A DNA stretch of 64,000 nucleotides from Psilocybe cubensis (taxonomy: Eukaryota), in the NCBI GenBank assembly GCA_017499595.2, contig CM039010.1, positions 1,488,001 through 1,552,000 of the forward strand. Direction: 5' to 3'. The notes under the pieces are model-generated. The model was not told the origin of the DNA, did no database searches, and saw only the letters and a list, made by a program, of their open reading frames with translations. Shown piece after piece: positions 38,893-50,899 of the stretch (positions within the stretch are counted from its first letter, which is position 1; each line of letters starts with the position of its first letter). A program made the translations under genes and the position numbers.

Positions 38893-41673
38893 CTAGGAGT
38901 GTAATACGTAAGGCCCGTAGGGATTGATCCAATGGTACATTGTATCGTTGGTCGGATCCGATGTTTCGATCGGATGTGCTGGTGTCAACTTCTCGCTGGG
39001 ACTTGGAGAGTCCACGACGATAAATCTTTCTGGATCTATGTGATAGTTTAGTATAATCAGGGTCATCGAGTTTTTGGTATGTGCAACGTACCCGTTTTGC
39101 CAATTTTGCCAAATTCGGAGACATCACTGTGAAAGGTGAATGTCAGATTGAACGTAGAGCACAGGAAAAGGATCGATGCTTACTCTTTTATCATGAAAAA
39201 CGGATGAGCGATGAGCTCCAGTATTCCGAAGCGCGTCTGGGGATTTGGGTCCAGAAGCTGGAGATCGAGCGATCAGCACATTTGCTCGTGGTTTCATAAA
39301 ACAACACATAATTACCCCACAGACCAGACTGAGGGAGTCCTCGTCGAGCTCTTGGTCCTCAAAGAATGCTCTGCGATCCTCAACACCACCGTAATCTTCC
39401 TCCCATGTCATGACATCGCTGCACTCATCAAAACTTCGCAGCATCTACATAGGGGTGTCAGCCACAATGGCAAAACAAAGCCAAATCCTAACAAAGACCA
39501 CATACCCGATCCTCCACGCCCACCATCTCCGCGAAAATACACCCCAGCGCCCAGTAGTCTACTGGGTAGCTATACCCCCTTGCAAGAACTTTCTCCGGTG
39601 CCATGTATCCGCGCGTCCCGACCGCGCGCGAGGAGTACACCGTATCACGGTGCAGCGGTTCCATAGTGGGCGTGCGGTAGCTGAGCCCGAAGTCGCCGAG
39701 CTTCACGGTGCCGCTTGGGGTGAACAGGACGTTGGCAGGCTTCAGGTCGCTATGTATGACGCCAATGCTATGTAGGGTGGCCAGCCCTATGGCCTGTGGA
39801 AGTGGTTGAGTATGTGGACAAGGTTGATGATGGAAAAGATGGAAAAGACAAGGGAGAGAAAACGTACGATCTGTGCGACAATTCGGCGGGTATCGCTACG
39901 AGGCAGAATGGTCCGCCTACTGTCTAGCACGTCTGCCAGATCAGTTGCCATCAATGGCTACAATGGCAAAGAAGAACAATCAGTAAGTTACTCGTGTCTT
40001 GACCGCCAGATATCGCTCGCCCTTACCATCAACAAACAATGCTCCCCGCGGAACGTCATTGCTGCCACCAACTCCATGACAAATTCAAATCCAACTTTGC
40101 CTACTTTTGGCGCCTCTGCGATGCGCCTGTAGACCTCGCACTCGCTTTTCAGTTGTGAGCGTGCGCGAAGGCCGTCCGCGAATGGTACATCACGCGTTCT
40201 GAAGCGCTTTAGCGCCCAGATGCTATCCTCCTTGAGACCGAACTCACTCTCCATCTCCTTCTCGACAGTTTTTGTTTGCCTGGCCGATGGAGAGATGGAC
40301 GCAGGTAAGGGTACCGAACGCACGGTCTCAATACGTGCGGTCCCATTACCGGAGCCGATATCGCGCACCTTGCGCACGGCGATGCTGTGCCCTTTCAGCA
40401 TCGCGAAGCCATGCAGAGGCTTCGGTGTCTGCTCTGCGTTTGATACGATATGTGGTGGGAGGATATTCTGGTACCCAACCAGGTGCGCGTCGAGGACATT
40501 GATAAACGCCTCCCTCTTCTCCGCGAACCTGCGTTTGAACCCTCCTGTCTGGGACGTCGGCTGGCGTTGCCGTTGTGTTTGTACTGGGGACAACTGAGCA
40601 GCGCGCCCTTCAATTGAAGAAGATAATGTTCTCCCCACAAATTGAACGGGTCTCGCACCGCTTGCGGAGGACCTGCCTTTCGCGCATTCCGCATTGATGG
40701 TTTGGCCAACGCGAGACACATAGCCGGTGCTGGAGCTGCAGGCGGACGCGCTGGCACTGGAGTATGTCGGTAGCAAAGAGTTGCTACCGTAAAAATTAAT
40801 CCTTTCCAACGCCTCGTCTGCGGTGGAGTATAGCCGTGCATTGTTGCTGTTGTTGTCGCTTCTGGTTCTGTTTCTAGATGAATCTCGTGGAAAGGTGCGG
40901 GTGCTGGTACGTGATGATGCGCCCTGTCCAATGTTGCTACTGCTGCTCTGTGGGTGGCGACTCCAACTAAAATTACTGCTGCAATCTTTTTGGCTTACGC
41001 GGCGTGTTGACTTGGTCTCGTTGGCGCGTGGTGATTCAGTCTTGCTGAGTCGTGACTGTTTAGTGCTTCTGTTGTGGCTTTTGCTGTTACTGCTACTGCT
41101 TCTTCTGCTGTGGCACTGGTCTGTGGAAATCACGTTGGAGGTTATGCCACCAGCACTGGAAGGGAAGGTGAGCTGCTTCGGAGTCAGTGTCTCCTCAGGC
41201 TCGTCGGTGTATAGCGTGTGGCCACGAAGCTGTGTGTCTAGTGCTCGCTGGCGGGAGCACACACCCCAGATGCTGCTTGTGTGAGAAGAAGAGGAAGAAG
41301 AAGAGGAAGAGGTGGAACACGCTGGAGCACTTGAACTGGGTCCTGAGCCTGAGCCTGAGCCTGAGTCAAAGGCGTTTGTCTGGCTAAGATCTATTCCGAA
41401 ATTAGGGGAGGTCGGGCTGTTGATTGTCAACAAAGGGTATGATTTTGAAGACGAGGTGGATGCCACCGCTGAAGATGAAGATGACGACGACGACGACGCG
41501 ATTAGGCACGCGAACGAGGACGGGGTCGCGGACGACACTGTAGACAATACCTGCGCCAGCGTCTGCAGCCCAGCGTACTTGTGGTACAACGAGTCCCGGG
41601 CCTCGAGTGCAAGTGGCCCTGGGTGTGGCATGGCGCGAGGAGACTTGTGGCCTTGATCGATCTGCTGTGGCAT
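38893..41673 (-). CDS. Ser/Thr protein kinase K3 (non-RD, HSD), 7 exons
   Basis: Same motifs and exon structure as K2; IHSDLKPANVL; ends [15 protein letters not shown]. Confidence 0.9.
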
Positions 41674-42154
41674 TGCGATGAAAGTGGAGATATAGTAAAG
41701 ACGCGTCTGGTGGGGGTGTTTTGTGTCGCGTGAGCGTGTCTGCGCCACTCGGCAAGATGGTTATGACAATGCGGTAGGGAGGGGGTTAGTAGAGAAAGAG
41801 GAAAAGGAAGGAAGAGTTAGCGCGTTTGTCACTCCACGGTGGGTGGTGATCGTGAAAACGTTTATCGATCGGTGGTGTAGGTATATGTCACAGCGCTTGG
41901 GCCTTTGGGTGTGGCGGTACCGTGTGTAAACCGCTGTTTTTGGGAAGGAGCAAGCTGACTTTAATCTTATCAGTGTACCCTTTTGCGCTGGTGTCGACGG
42001 TATACCACAGTATTGTGTGTGGGGTATGAATTGGGTATATTCTTACGCGGAGAAGGATTGGATTTGCTGGACAAGTGAATGGTTATGATTACGGAGGTGT
42101 TGGGCTGCTTGAAATAATATTTTATAGTATCCGACCGACCAATCATCCACAGAT

Positions 42155-42171
42155 GTCTCTATTAGGCAGGT
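42155..42171. promoter_or_regulatory. Conserved 17-bp motif GTCTYTATTAGGCAGGT (also at 37451, 47176, 54197, 59852)
   Basis: Near-invariant in five units, 475-484 bp upstream of the kinase ATG in K3-K6; function unknown. Confidence 0.5.
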
Positions 42172-42670
42172 AGGGTCTTTACGTTTGGCTTCGTCTGATT
42201 GCGAAGTCTTCGAAAAATTGTGCTGAAATTCTTGGTAAAGACGCTATTCTCTGTGCGTTTCGATGGGTCGATGTGCGGGAGCGACTATGGTAAAGAATGT
42301 TTAATTAATGGCAATTTGCACCTTTGGTACTCGATGGGAACGAGCTGTTAGATTTTGTCGGTTTGTTCGTTGTAAAAACAAACTTTGCCTGCTTTGCTTC
42401 AGTGCCTACTATTTCATGAGAGTTCTTACGAGGCTGGATTCTAGTTACCTTGTGCTGATTGTAAGAGGAACCTGTACTTCTTGGAGATGAAAATAAGGAT
42501 GAATTAGAGTAGTAAGGATCGACAGGCGTGCATGTTCTTTTAATATATCACTTTTCTTTAGGTGGTTTCTAACATGTTTGCTTCGCCGTTTCTGTTCTTA
42601 TGAAAGGGGATTGGTCTCAAGGCAAACAAAATTTAAACAGAATACCTAGCATGCTACGTCCACCGTCGTG

Positions 42671-42984
42671 TTATTCAGTTGGAGAATCTGAGTTGCCTGC
42701 TACCTCATCACGACCAATTTTCAAGTATTCGTTCAACCAAGCCACCTTGGAGAAGTACTTCATTTCCTCCGAATCGTAGACCTGTTTGTCCAATAAAAGA
42801 ATTCGTGGGCATCTTCATTCAATACATATGCAGCTAAATAGTCTGATGTCTATTTTAAACCTTTTAAAAATTAGGTAGGACTTACGATGCCTGATTAGAC
42901 CCCTTTTCCTCTGTGACGAGACTGATTTTCCCCATTCAAGGTGTGGGCAAGCAGCCATTTATTAGTGTTAAGAGAGTATTTCAT
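42671..42984 (-). pseudogene. Small partner gene S3, deleted and frameshifted
   Basis: ATG AAA TAC TCT start, early TAA, conserved GTAAGT..TATTTAG intron, and LKIGRDEVAGNSDSPTE* end. Confidence 0.75.
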
Positions 42985-43118
42985 GAGAAGGCAGCTTTGA
43001 GGAAGTGGAAAAGAATTAAAAGGTGGTAGGTAGTTTTATTTGTGTAGGTATTACTGTGACCCGTGTCTGCGAAAGGGGTTGAACGGGAACATTCAGGCCC
43101 GTCTATTGTCATTGGTTT

Positions 43119-43520
43119 GCAACAGGAAACGTCAGTGCATTTAGTCCATGTTGGTGAATCTCATAACCTGAAGTGCACTGACATATGGCGTTAGGACATA
43201 TGAAATTGCATTTGGACATAAAATTAAATTTGGTTTACCATGATGGAGAGATTGTGAATTGAGGCGCCTGTGCAGTTACTCCTACACAACCGTTCGTTTT
43301 CCTGATATCTATGCTCAATTTAGTACAAGAGATTGCTACTTTACATTCGATTACTATCCTTTGTTAATTAGCCATGCCTGACCCAGGAAACCTGTACCGA
43401 GTGCTTCAATCCCACCCAGCCATCACGCAATGCACTGACCTTCACAGATGATTAGAAAGATGTAATGAGATGACACCGATATCACATCTGTATACTATAC
43501 TGACCGCACTGAACTTGCAC
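43119..43520. mobile_element. Short relic of the TCAGTGCA-repeat TIR element, opposite orientation to 55216-56290
   Basis: Starts gcaacaggaaacgtcagtgcat (matches the reverse complement of the 56290 end) and ends actgaccgcactg (reverse complement of the 55216 end). Confidence 0.45.
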
Positions 43521-43959
43521 TACATTTCTCAGTACCCGTCATTGCTGGCCTCCCTGCCATCTGTAGAAATAATCAAGACCATCTACTCGCAACTCAATCT
43601 TCAAATCGAGGTACACAATCTTTAGCGGGCTGTTTAATCTTGAGTGACATTGGGACCAAGGATGCATATTTTGAGTCGATCTAAAGCGCGGATGCGTCAC
43701 TGGGTTGGATTGGGTGGTTGTGCTTAAAATTTTGGATGAGAGTTAAGTGTAGTTATATTTCAGAGAACTGGTAAGACAATCTGAGTATATGCTAGTGTGG
43801 TATTTTATCATTAAATAATGCGATAGCAGCAAGATAACAGTTAGGAGTCCTATGAAAGCATTGTGATAGCTGCGTATAATGTACATTGGTTTGGTGATTA
43901 CTTAATGAGTGAATATAATGGACAGTCCGGGTCCTTACTTTTACAATGTATATCTGAAA

Positions 43960-46701
43960 TTAGCAGTTTGATACGTAAGGCCCGTAGGGATTGATCCAAC
44001 GATACATGGTATCATTGGATGGATCCGATGTCTCGATCGGATATATCGGCATCGAGTGTATGTCCTTGGGACTAGGAGAGTCCACGACTAATAAATTTTC
44101 TGGCTCTGTGTGTGATGGCTTAGTATAAATATGTCGTCAAGTTTTTGGTATGTGGTACGTACCCATTTCGCCGATTTTTTCGAACTCGGAGAGATCACTG
44201 GGGAAGATGAATGTCAGATTGAATGAGGAGCTCTGGAAAAGAATAGATGATTACTTGTTTTTGAAATACGGATGAGCGACGAGCTCCAGTATTCCAAAGC
44301 GCGTCTGGGGATTTGGGTCCAGAAGCTGCAGACAGCGATTAGCATATATGCGCGATTGCACAAAAAAACATGTTCTTACCCCACAAACCAGACTGAGCGC
44401 GTCCTCATCGAGTTCTTGATCCTTGAAGAAGCTCCTGCGCTCCTCAACCTCACCGTAATCTTCGTCCCACGTCAACAGATCGCGACACTCCTCAAAGCTC
44501 CTCAGCATCTACACAAACAGGGGCCGTCAGCCACAAGCAAAACAAAGCCAAATCTAACGAGACCACCACTCACCCGATCCTCGACGCCCACCATCTCCGC
44601 GAATACGCACCCTAGCGCCCAGTAGTCGACGGGGTAGCTGTACCCCACCGCGCGGATCTTCTCTGGCGCCATGTACCCGCGCGTGCCGACAGCGCGCGCG
44701 GTGTACACCGTGTCTCGGTGTAGCGGCGCCAGGGTTGGGGTGCGGTAGCTCAGCCCGAAGTCGGCGAGCTTCACGGTGCCGCTGGGCGTGAAGAGGATGT
44801 TTGCGGGCTTGAGGTCGCTGTGGATGATGCCTATGCTGTGTAATGTGGCGAGTCCAGTGGCCTGTGGGAGAATGGGTTGAACGAGTGCGTGCGGCAAGTA
44901 AGGGATTGATGACGATGATGGAAAAGAGGAGGAGAAAACGTACGATTTGTGCGATTATTCTGCAGGTATCGCGACGAGGCATTACTGTGCGCCTGCTATC
45001 TAGCACATCTGCTAGATCGGTCGCCATCAGCGGCTGCGATGACACGGCGAAGAAGAAGAATGGTAAGTAACTCTGTCTTGTCAATGACCACCAGATAGCG
45101 CTTACCAAAAGCAAACAGTGTTCCCCGCGGAACGAGACCGTTGCCACCAACTCCATAATAAACTCAAGGCCGATTTTGCCCTCCCTCGGCGCCTCCGCGA
45201 TGCGCCTGTAGATTTCGCACTCACTTTTCAGCTGTGCGCGCGCGCGCACGCCGTCTGCGAATGGAACATTGCGGGTTTGGAAGCGCTTCAGCACCCAGAT
45301 GCTGTCGCGCTGCAGCCCCATCCCCGAGGCTGAGTGAGAGTCCAAGAGACAGGCGGCGCGCACGCTCTCGATGCGCGCGGTGCCATTTCCCGAGCCGATG
45401 GTGCGCACCTTGCGCACGGCAATGCTTTGCCCTTGCAGCTTTGAAAAACCGTGCAGAGGCAGAGGGGTCTCCGCTGCGCTCGACACGAGGTGGGGTGGGA
45501 GGATACTCTCGTATCCTGCAAGGTGCGCGTCGAGGAGATTCAGAAGCTCGTCCCTCTTCTCCTCGTACCTTCGTCCCGCCTCGGATGATGGTTGACGCTT
45601 TGCGTGTGCTGATGGTAATCGAGCAGCACGCTCTTCGAATGACGAGCATGATTTGCTCCAAAGACAATGGACAGACGAGCTGCGCTTCGCGCCGTCCGCG
45701 TTGATGGTCTGGTCTGGGCAAGACACAGAGCCGGTGCCCGAGCCACTGGCGCTGGCGCTGGGGGAAGTCGGTAGCAAAGAGTTGCTACCGTAAAAAAGTA
45801 TACCACTAAGCGCCTCGTTGGTGGCAGAGTGTAGCCGTGCATTGCTGCTGCTGCTGCTGCTGCTGCTGTTTGCGTATCTGGAAAAATCCAATTCGAAATC
45901 GAAATCTAGATCTAGGTGTAAAGCTTTTGGAAAAACGCGGGGGCTTGCGCGCTGGTGGTTTCTGCTGCTGCTGCTGATGATGCTGTGTGTCTTGTGGCAG
46001 TCGTCAAAGCTGCTGCTGCTGCTGCTAACCCTTTGGCTTGCGACACTTGTCGACTTGGTCTTTTCGGCGCGCGGTGACTCGGACCTGCTGAGTCGCTGCT
46101 CTCTGGTGCTTTTGCTGCGGCTTTTGGTGTTACTGCTCCTGCTTCTTCTGCTGTAGCATCGGTCTGTGGAAACAACTTTGGAGGATATGTCACCGGCACC
46201 GGAGGGGAAGGTAAGCTGTTTCGGCGTCGGCGTCGCCTCAGGCTCGTCGGTGTATAGCGTGCGTCCGCGGAGCTGTATGTCCTGTGCGCGTTGGCTAGAG
46301 CAGACACCCCATATACTAGTTGCGTCTGAATAAGAGGAAGAAGCTGAGCTTGAAGAGTACGCTGGGGAACTTGAGCTGGGGCCTGACTCTGACCCTGATG
46401 TTATGCTGAAGTCTGATTGTGAGCTTAGGGCGATTGTCTGGTTGAGATCTAGTCCGAAATTGGGGGAGATGGGGCTGTTGATTGTGAACGGTGGGTATGG
46501 ATTGGGCGATGCCGACGACGCGATCGGGGACGCGATCGAGGACGCGATCGAGAACGGAGTCGCGGATGACAAAGGGGACAGTAACTGCGCCAACGTCTCC
46601 AGTGCAGTGTACCGCATTGAGGCCCGGGCCTCGCGTGCAAGTGGCCTCGATTGTGGTACGGTGCAGGGGGTCCTGTGGCTTTGATCGATCTGCTGTGGCA
46701 T
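43960..46701 (-). CDS. Ser/Thr protein kinase K4 (non-RD, HSD), 7 exons
   Basis: [37 protein letters not shown]; ends [15 protein letters not shown]. Confidence 0.9.
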
Positions 46702-47697
46702 TGCGATAACGGTGGAATCTAGGTAAGAAAACGCGTCTTTTTTGTCTTTCGCGTCGCGTCTGCGTGTATGTGCCACTCGGCAAGGGGATTGGGACAATAG
46801 GTTAGGGAAAATTGGGGAAGAGAAAGAGCAGGAGGCAGAGAAAGGGTGGGGTGGGGGCCTTGTCCGGGCCACGGGCGGGGCGATTGATGAAAGGTCACAA
46901 AGAGATGTATCGATCGTTGGTTAGGGTGTGTTTACGGCGCTTGAGCCCTTTGGGAGTGTGACGGTAATGTTTAAAGAGATGTTTGTGAAAGGGAGAGCCT
47001 GCCTTTGATCTTATCAGTCCGCCCTTTGTGTTCAAGTTGAAGGGCTGTCACAGCACGATGTGCGAGGTTTGGTTTATCTCAAGGGGAGATGGGTTGGATG
47101 TGCTGGACAGTGGATGGTTATAATTAGCGAGGTGCTTGAAATCTTATAGCACCCGCAAATTCAGACTCCAGAGTCGTCTCTATTAGGCAGGTCAGCACCT
47201 TTGGGCTTCGTGTGAATGTGGATCATTTGGTGTTTTTGGACTGGAGCTGATAGTATTTTAGTAAAGACATTATTCTATGTGCTGTTGGGTGGGTCGATGC
47301 GCGGGAGCAGCAACGGTAGGTAATCATTGAATGTGTCAGCCTTTGGCAATTATATTGAGCCATAGACTCTGCCAGGGTGGTAAAAGGAGCTTTCTTGTGT
47401 TGTTATTTGACCTTCAGCTTCCGAGTTTGCTGTTTCATGAGAGTTCTGGAACTTGTTACAACGCTGGGTTTTTGTTACCTTGTTCAAACACCAATGAAAA
47501 CAAAGATGATTTTTTTGTAATCCTATTTTATTCTCATGATGTGGCCGCTGGAGAATCATATGGTAGAGAGTGGTACTACGTGTTGGATCCATAGGATATA
47601 TATATTATATTTTATTTGGATGTCCAGCTGGTTTGTAAAATGATCCCCTCGCCATTTAGATAAAGTTAACTCGCATGTTACACCCACCAGCACGTTA

Positions 47698-49345
47698 TTA
47701 AGTTTGACCATCGGAATTGTCTGCCACCTCATCGCGTCTGGTTTTCATAAATTTCTCGTAGCGGCTCTGCCAGTTGCAACGCTGAAAGTATTCCTTCATG
47801 TAAGCCACCTTGGAGTTGTGGTCCATATCCGGGCCCCGCAACTCGTATATCACTTCATCTAATACAACAATTCGTTCTGCTTCTTCATCCAAAGTATAAT
47901 TGGCTGAATGATTTGTTAGTTTTTTTTATGTTTGTATAAAAGAAATTAGACGAGGCTTACGATGATTTTGAATAGGTCCATTGTTGTCTGGGCCGATGAT
48001 GAAGGCAGTGTTGCTCATCGGCAAAAGTGACCAAGTCCCAAAATGCCTTTGCTGCCTTTTAAGGAAGGCCAATGATTCATGTGACATAATTATGTCACAC
48101 AAAACATTTGGGTAAAATTTGGAGGCACCCAAAACATTTAGAAGGCATTTGGAGGCTCCAAAAACATTTGTAGAGCCCAAAAGTTATTACTAAATATTTC
48201 ACATACTTACACTTATTTCTCAATTATTGGTTTGCTATAGAACTTAGAGTGAATGATTGATCATAAATAAAAAGAAAAAGAAAAGCTTGAGTTCAACTTG
48301 ACATGCACTCAAATGATTACCGGCCTTAGAGTGCGCAAAAAATGATTTTTCAATGTAAAAATTTATTCACAGTATCATCGCACAATGTCAATTTAAGGCA
48401 AAGTCCACCGTTTCTGTCTAGCCATCGACAAAGAGCCTCCCAGGTCTGATTACAAATTAAGTCGGAGATTGAATCAATGTTATGTGTATAATAACTCGAG
48501 ACATGCCCCGAATTCCTTTCTTTCCTCACTCTCATGTCTCCTGGTTCTGACAACACAATCTTCTGGTGTCCCATGCACATGACATAGGCCTGAAAGTTAA
48601 ACTCACAAGGTAAATCAATTATCCCCAACTGCCAGTGCAACCCAACTGACAATTTCTTTTATGTCTTTGCTCCTCCTTCGACTTTGATACATCTTTCCAT
48701 CAAGTATAGATTACAGTCTTACGGACATGCATGTTGAATTAATTGTGAGTATATGCGCATCAAATGCGCATACATTTTGCATTTTGCTTACCATGACTCA
48801 CTGTGACACATCCAGATCCAGATCTCAAATCACACGAGTTATTGTGACCTGGTCACACGGAGTCTCCCAGGGTCTGGTTGACCATTATCGTCATCTGTAC
48901 TCGTTTCTATGTACCCTCCATTGTAGTCAATCAAATTTTATTGTGTTAGTATTTCCAAAGTGTGTGATTATTGGGAAATGGCTGCTATAAATAAGAATAA
49001 ACAAGCTGTAGCATTGTGTGAACCTCAAATCTTTTTTGGGTCTCTCAAATGCAACTCAAATGTTGTCCAAATGTTTTTGGGTCTCCCAAATTTTACCGAA
49101 ATGATTTCATTAAATTTAGATTTTGATAAAACATTCATTCTAGTGAAGGATTTGTAGCCTTTCAAAATTGCGAGTCTCTACTTAGTCGATATAAAAGGCC
49201 ATTTGCGCCTTGGGGCCTTTGGGCGTCCCCAAATGCCTTAGTAAGGCATTTGGGGACTTGGTCACTTTTGCCGATGCTTTTCCCGGTCATTGATTAGGGT
49301 CAAGTAGTGGATTTGTGTTTGAGTCTTTAGGCTGGGCTCAGTATT
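47698..49345 (-). pseudogene. Small partner gene S4, split by a TIR element; the 3' part may still be translated (47698-48018)
   Basis: 3' part: TLDEEAERIVVLDE..MDHNSKVAYMKEYFQRCNWQSRYEKFMKT with intron 47904-47960. The 5' remnant AQPKDSNTNPLLDPNQ* lies beyond 49277. Confidence 0.8.
48016..49276. mobile_element. Non-autonomous DNA transposon, 1261 bp, 34-bp TIRs, 2-bp TSD (CACTA/CMC-like by structure)
   Basis: Left TIR CATCGGCAAAAGTGACCAAGTCCCAAAATGCCTT matches the right end with 1 mismatch. CT is duplicated at 48014-48015 and 49277-49278. Subterminal ccaaaacattt/ggcatttgg repeats and a 16-bp-arm palindrome at ~49225-49257. No transposase ORF seen. Confidence 0.85.
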
Positions 49346-49719
49346 TATAGAGATTCCTGAAATAAAAAAGACATGGTCGAGCATTTTATAGCTGTGGCCC
49401 GTAATGTGTTCAGTTTCTGCGAAAGGAAGGATGAGAAAATGAAGGCCCGTTGTCATTGGTGGCCTTGGTAGTCTTTGTATGGTTTGACCTGGTTTGACGG
49501 CCACCGTGCTCAAACTTCGTATCTTATCGAAGTACAGCATTTGGACGAGGCTCCTATACTATTACCAATGGTAGTTCAATGGTACATAAAAGTATAAAAG
49601 AGTCACAAAAATGAAATTGTAACTCGACCTTTGGTCAGAGTGAGGCTGCTCGTAAAATTAAGTCAAAATAGTAAATGGGATTTTGTGGCCGTTCAGCTGG
49701 GCATTAGAGTTATTCAGCT

Positions 49720-50230
49720 CTAGTTTTCGTCAGCACGACTGCCTTCTGGACCATTTTGTCCATCCATCCGTACTAAGCCACGAGAAATACGAGCCATCAA
49801 AAAATCTCCTGAACTTCCCTGTGTGTCCATAATGTCCTTATTTTGACTCCAAGACATGGAGACAAAATACAGGTAGACACCTGATAGGTGCGCAACGCGG
49901 CACATGCATTGGTGGAGATTGAGGTATCTGCTATCCGGAAGTGGCATTTTTGACTTCGTGGTGAGAGTTACAATACGAGGCTCGGATAAGCCGGCTAGTA
50001 TACCATTGTGGTATGTTTGAATGATGTACGTGTTCAATTTTCCCTGACAGTATTTGAGAAAAAAAAACCTTAGTGGAGAGTCTCAAGAAAAACTCACTGG
50101 AATTTCTTCAAACCACAGGGATAATACATTGAAATATTCCCTAAGCATGATTGATAGTGTTATGCTATTGGACATTCTGTATGCCAGTGTCCCGCTCAGT
50201 TCGGTTGGTGAACCAATGGACTATTGTATA
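49720..50230 (-). pseudogene. C-terminal part of a fungal HNH-endonuclease-like protein, probably degenerate
   Basis: ELSGTLAYRMSNSITLSIMLREYFNVLSLWFEEIP, intron, then GKLNTY...LPDSRYLNLHQCMCRVAHLSG, resembling the NxxTL..HxxFDxLxLWFE and LPDxRxLxLH..RVAHxSG motifs of agaricomycete HNH proteins. Confidence 0.55.
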
Positions 50231-50899
50231 TTACCACCTCCACCACAGAATGTACTCCCATGGAAATTTACACATACACGCCTCGTGGGACACATACAAT
50301 TGATCACTTATTCCCAAGACCCTTTGTTGGGATTTCGTCTGCGCGTACATCCGCCCGAGAAACCTCACCGGGATATTTGGTTCAATCCCACCCTCCAAGC
50401 CACTGAATCTACTCATGACTGAGCTGTTTGATGGGGCTTCGGCGTAAAATGTCTGCTGCGTGAATTCCTATGGAGCGTGGACCTAATTTCACTACTTAAC
50501 AGCATTCTGTCAACAGCTAATTTCATGCCCACTGTACGATAGCTAGAACCTGTTGAACCTGTACAAACTTTAGCATACAATCGATCTACTCCACCGAGTC
50601 TGCATTCAGACACGAGAATTGTGGCTGAAGTGCATCCGGGGGGAGGGGGGGATCATCCTCCGCACTTCCATCGGTCGCCTATGCCCTGGAGAGAAAGCGG
50701 ACTCCTAGCCGTCGCCCTCTTCATCACACAGAACGTGCTACCTGCCTATCTAAAAATACTAGGCGCAACACACCAAAAATGAGAACAAAATTTAAATGTC
50801 TGTGCAGAGGAAATGAGTGGTGTGTATACATTGTTGCTAGATCTTCCATGATTAATAATACAAATGCCAGAGAGAATCTGAGTCCGTCTAATGCAAATC

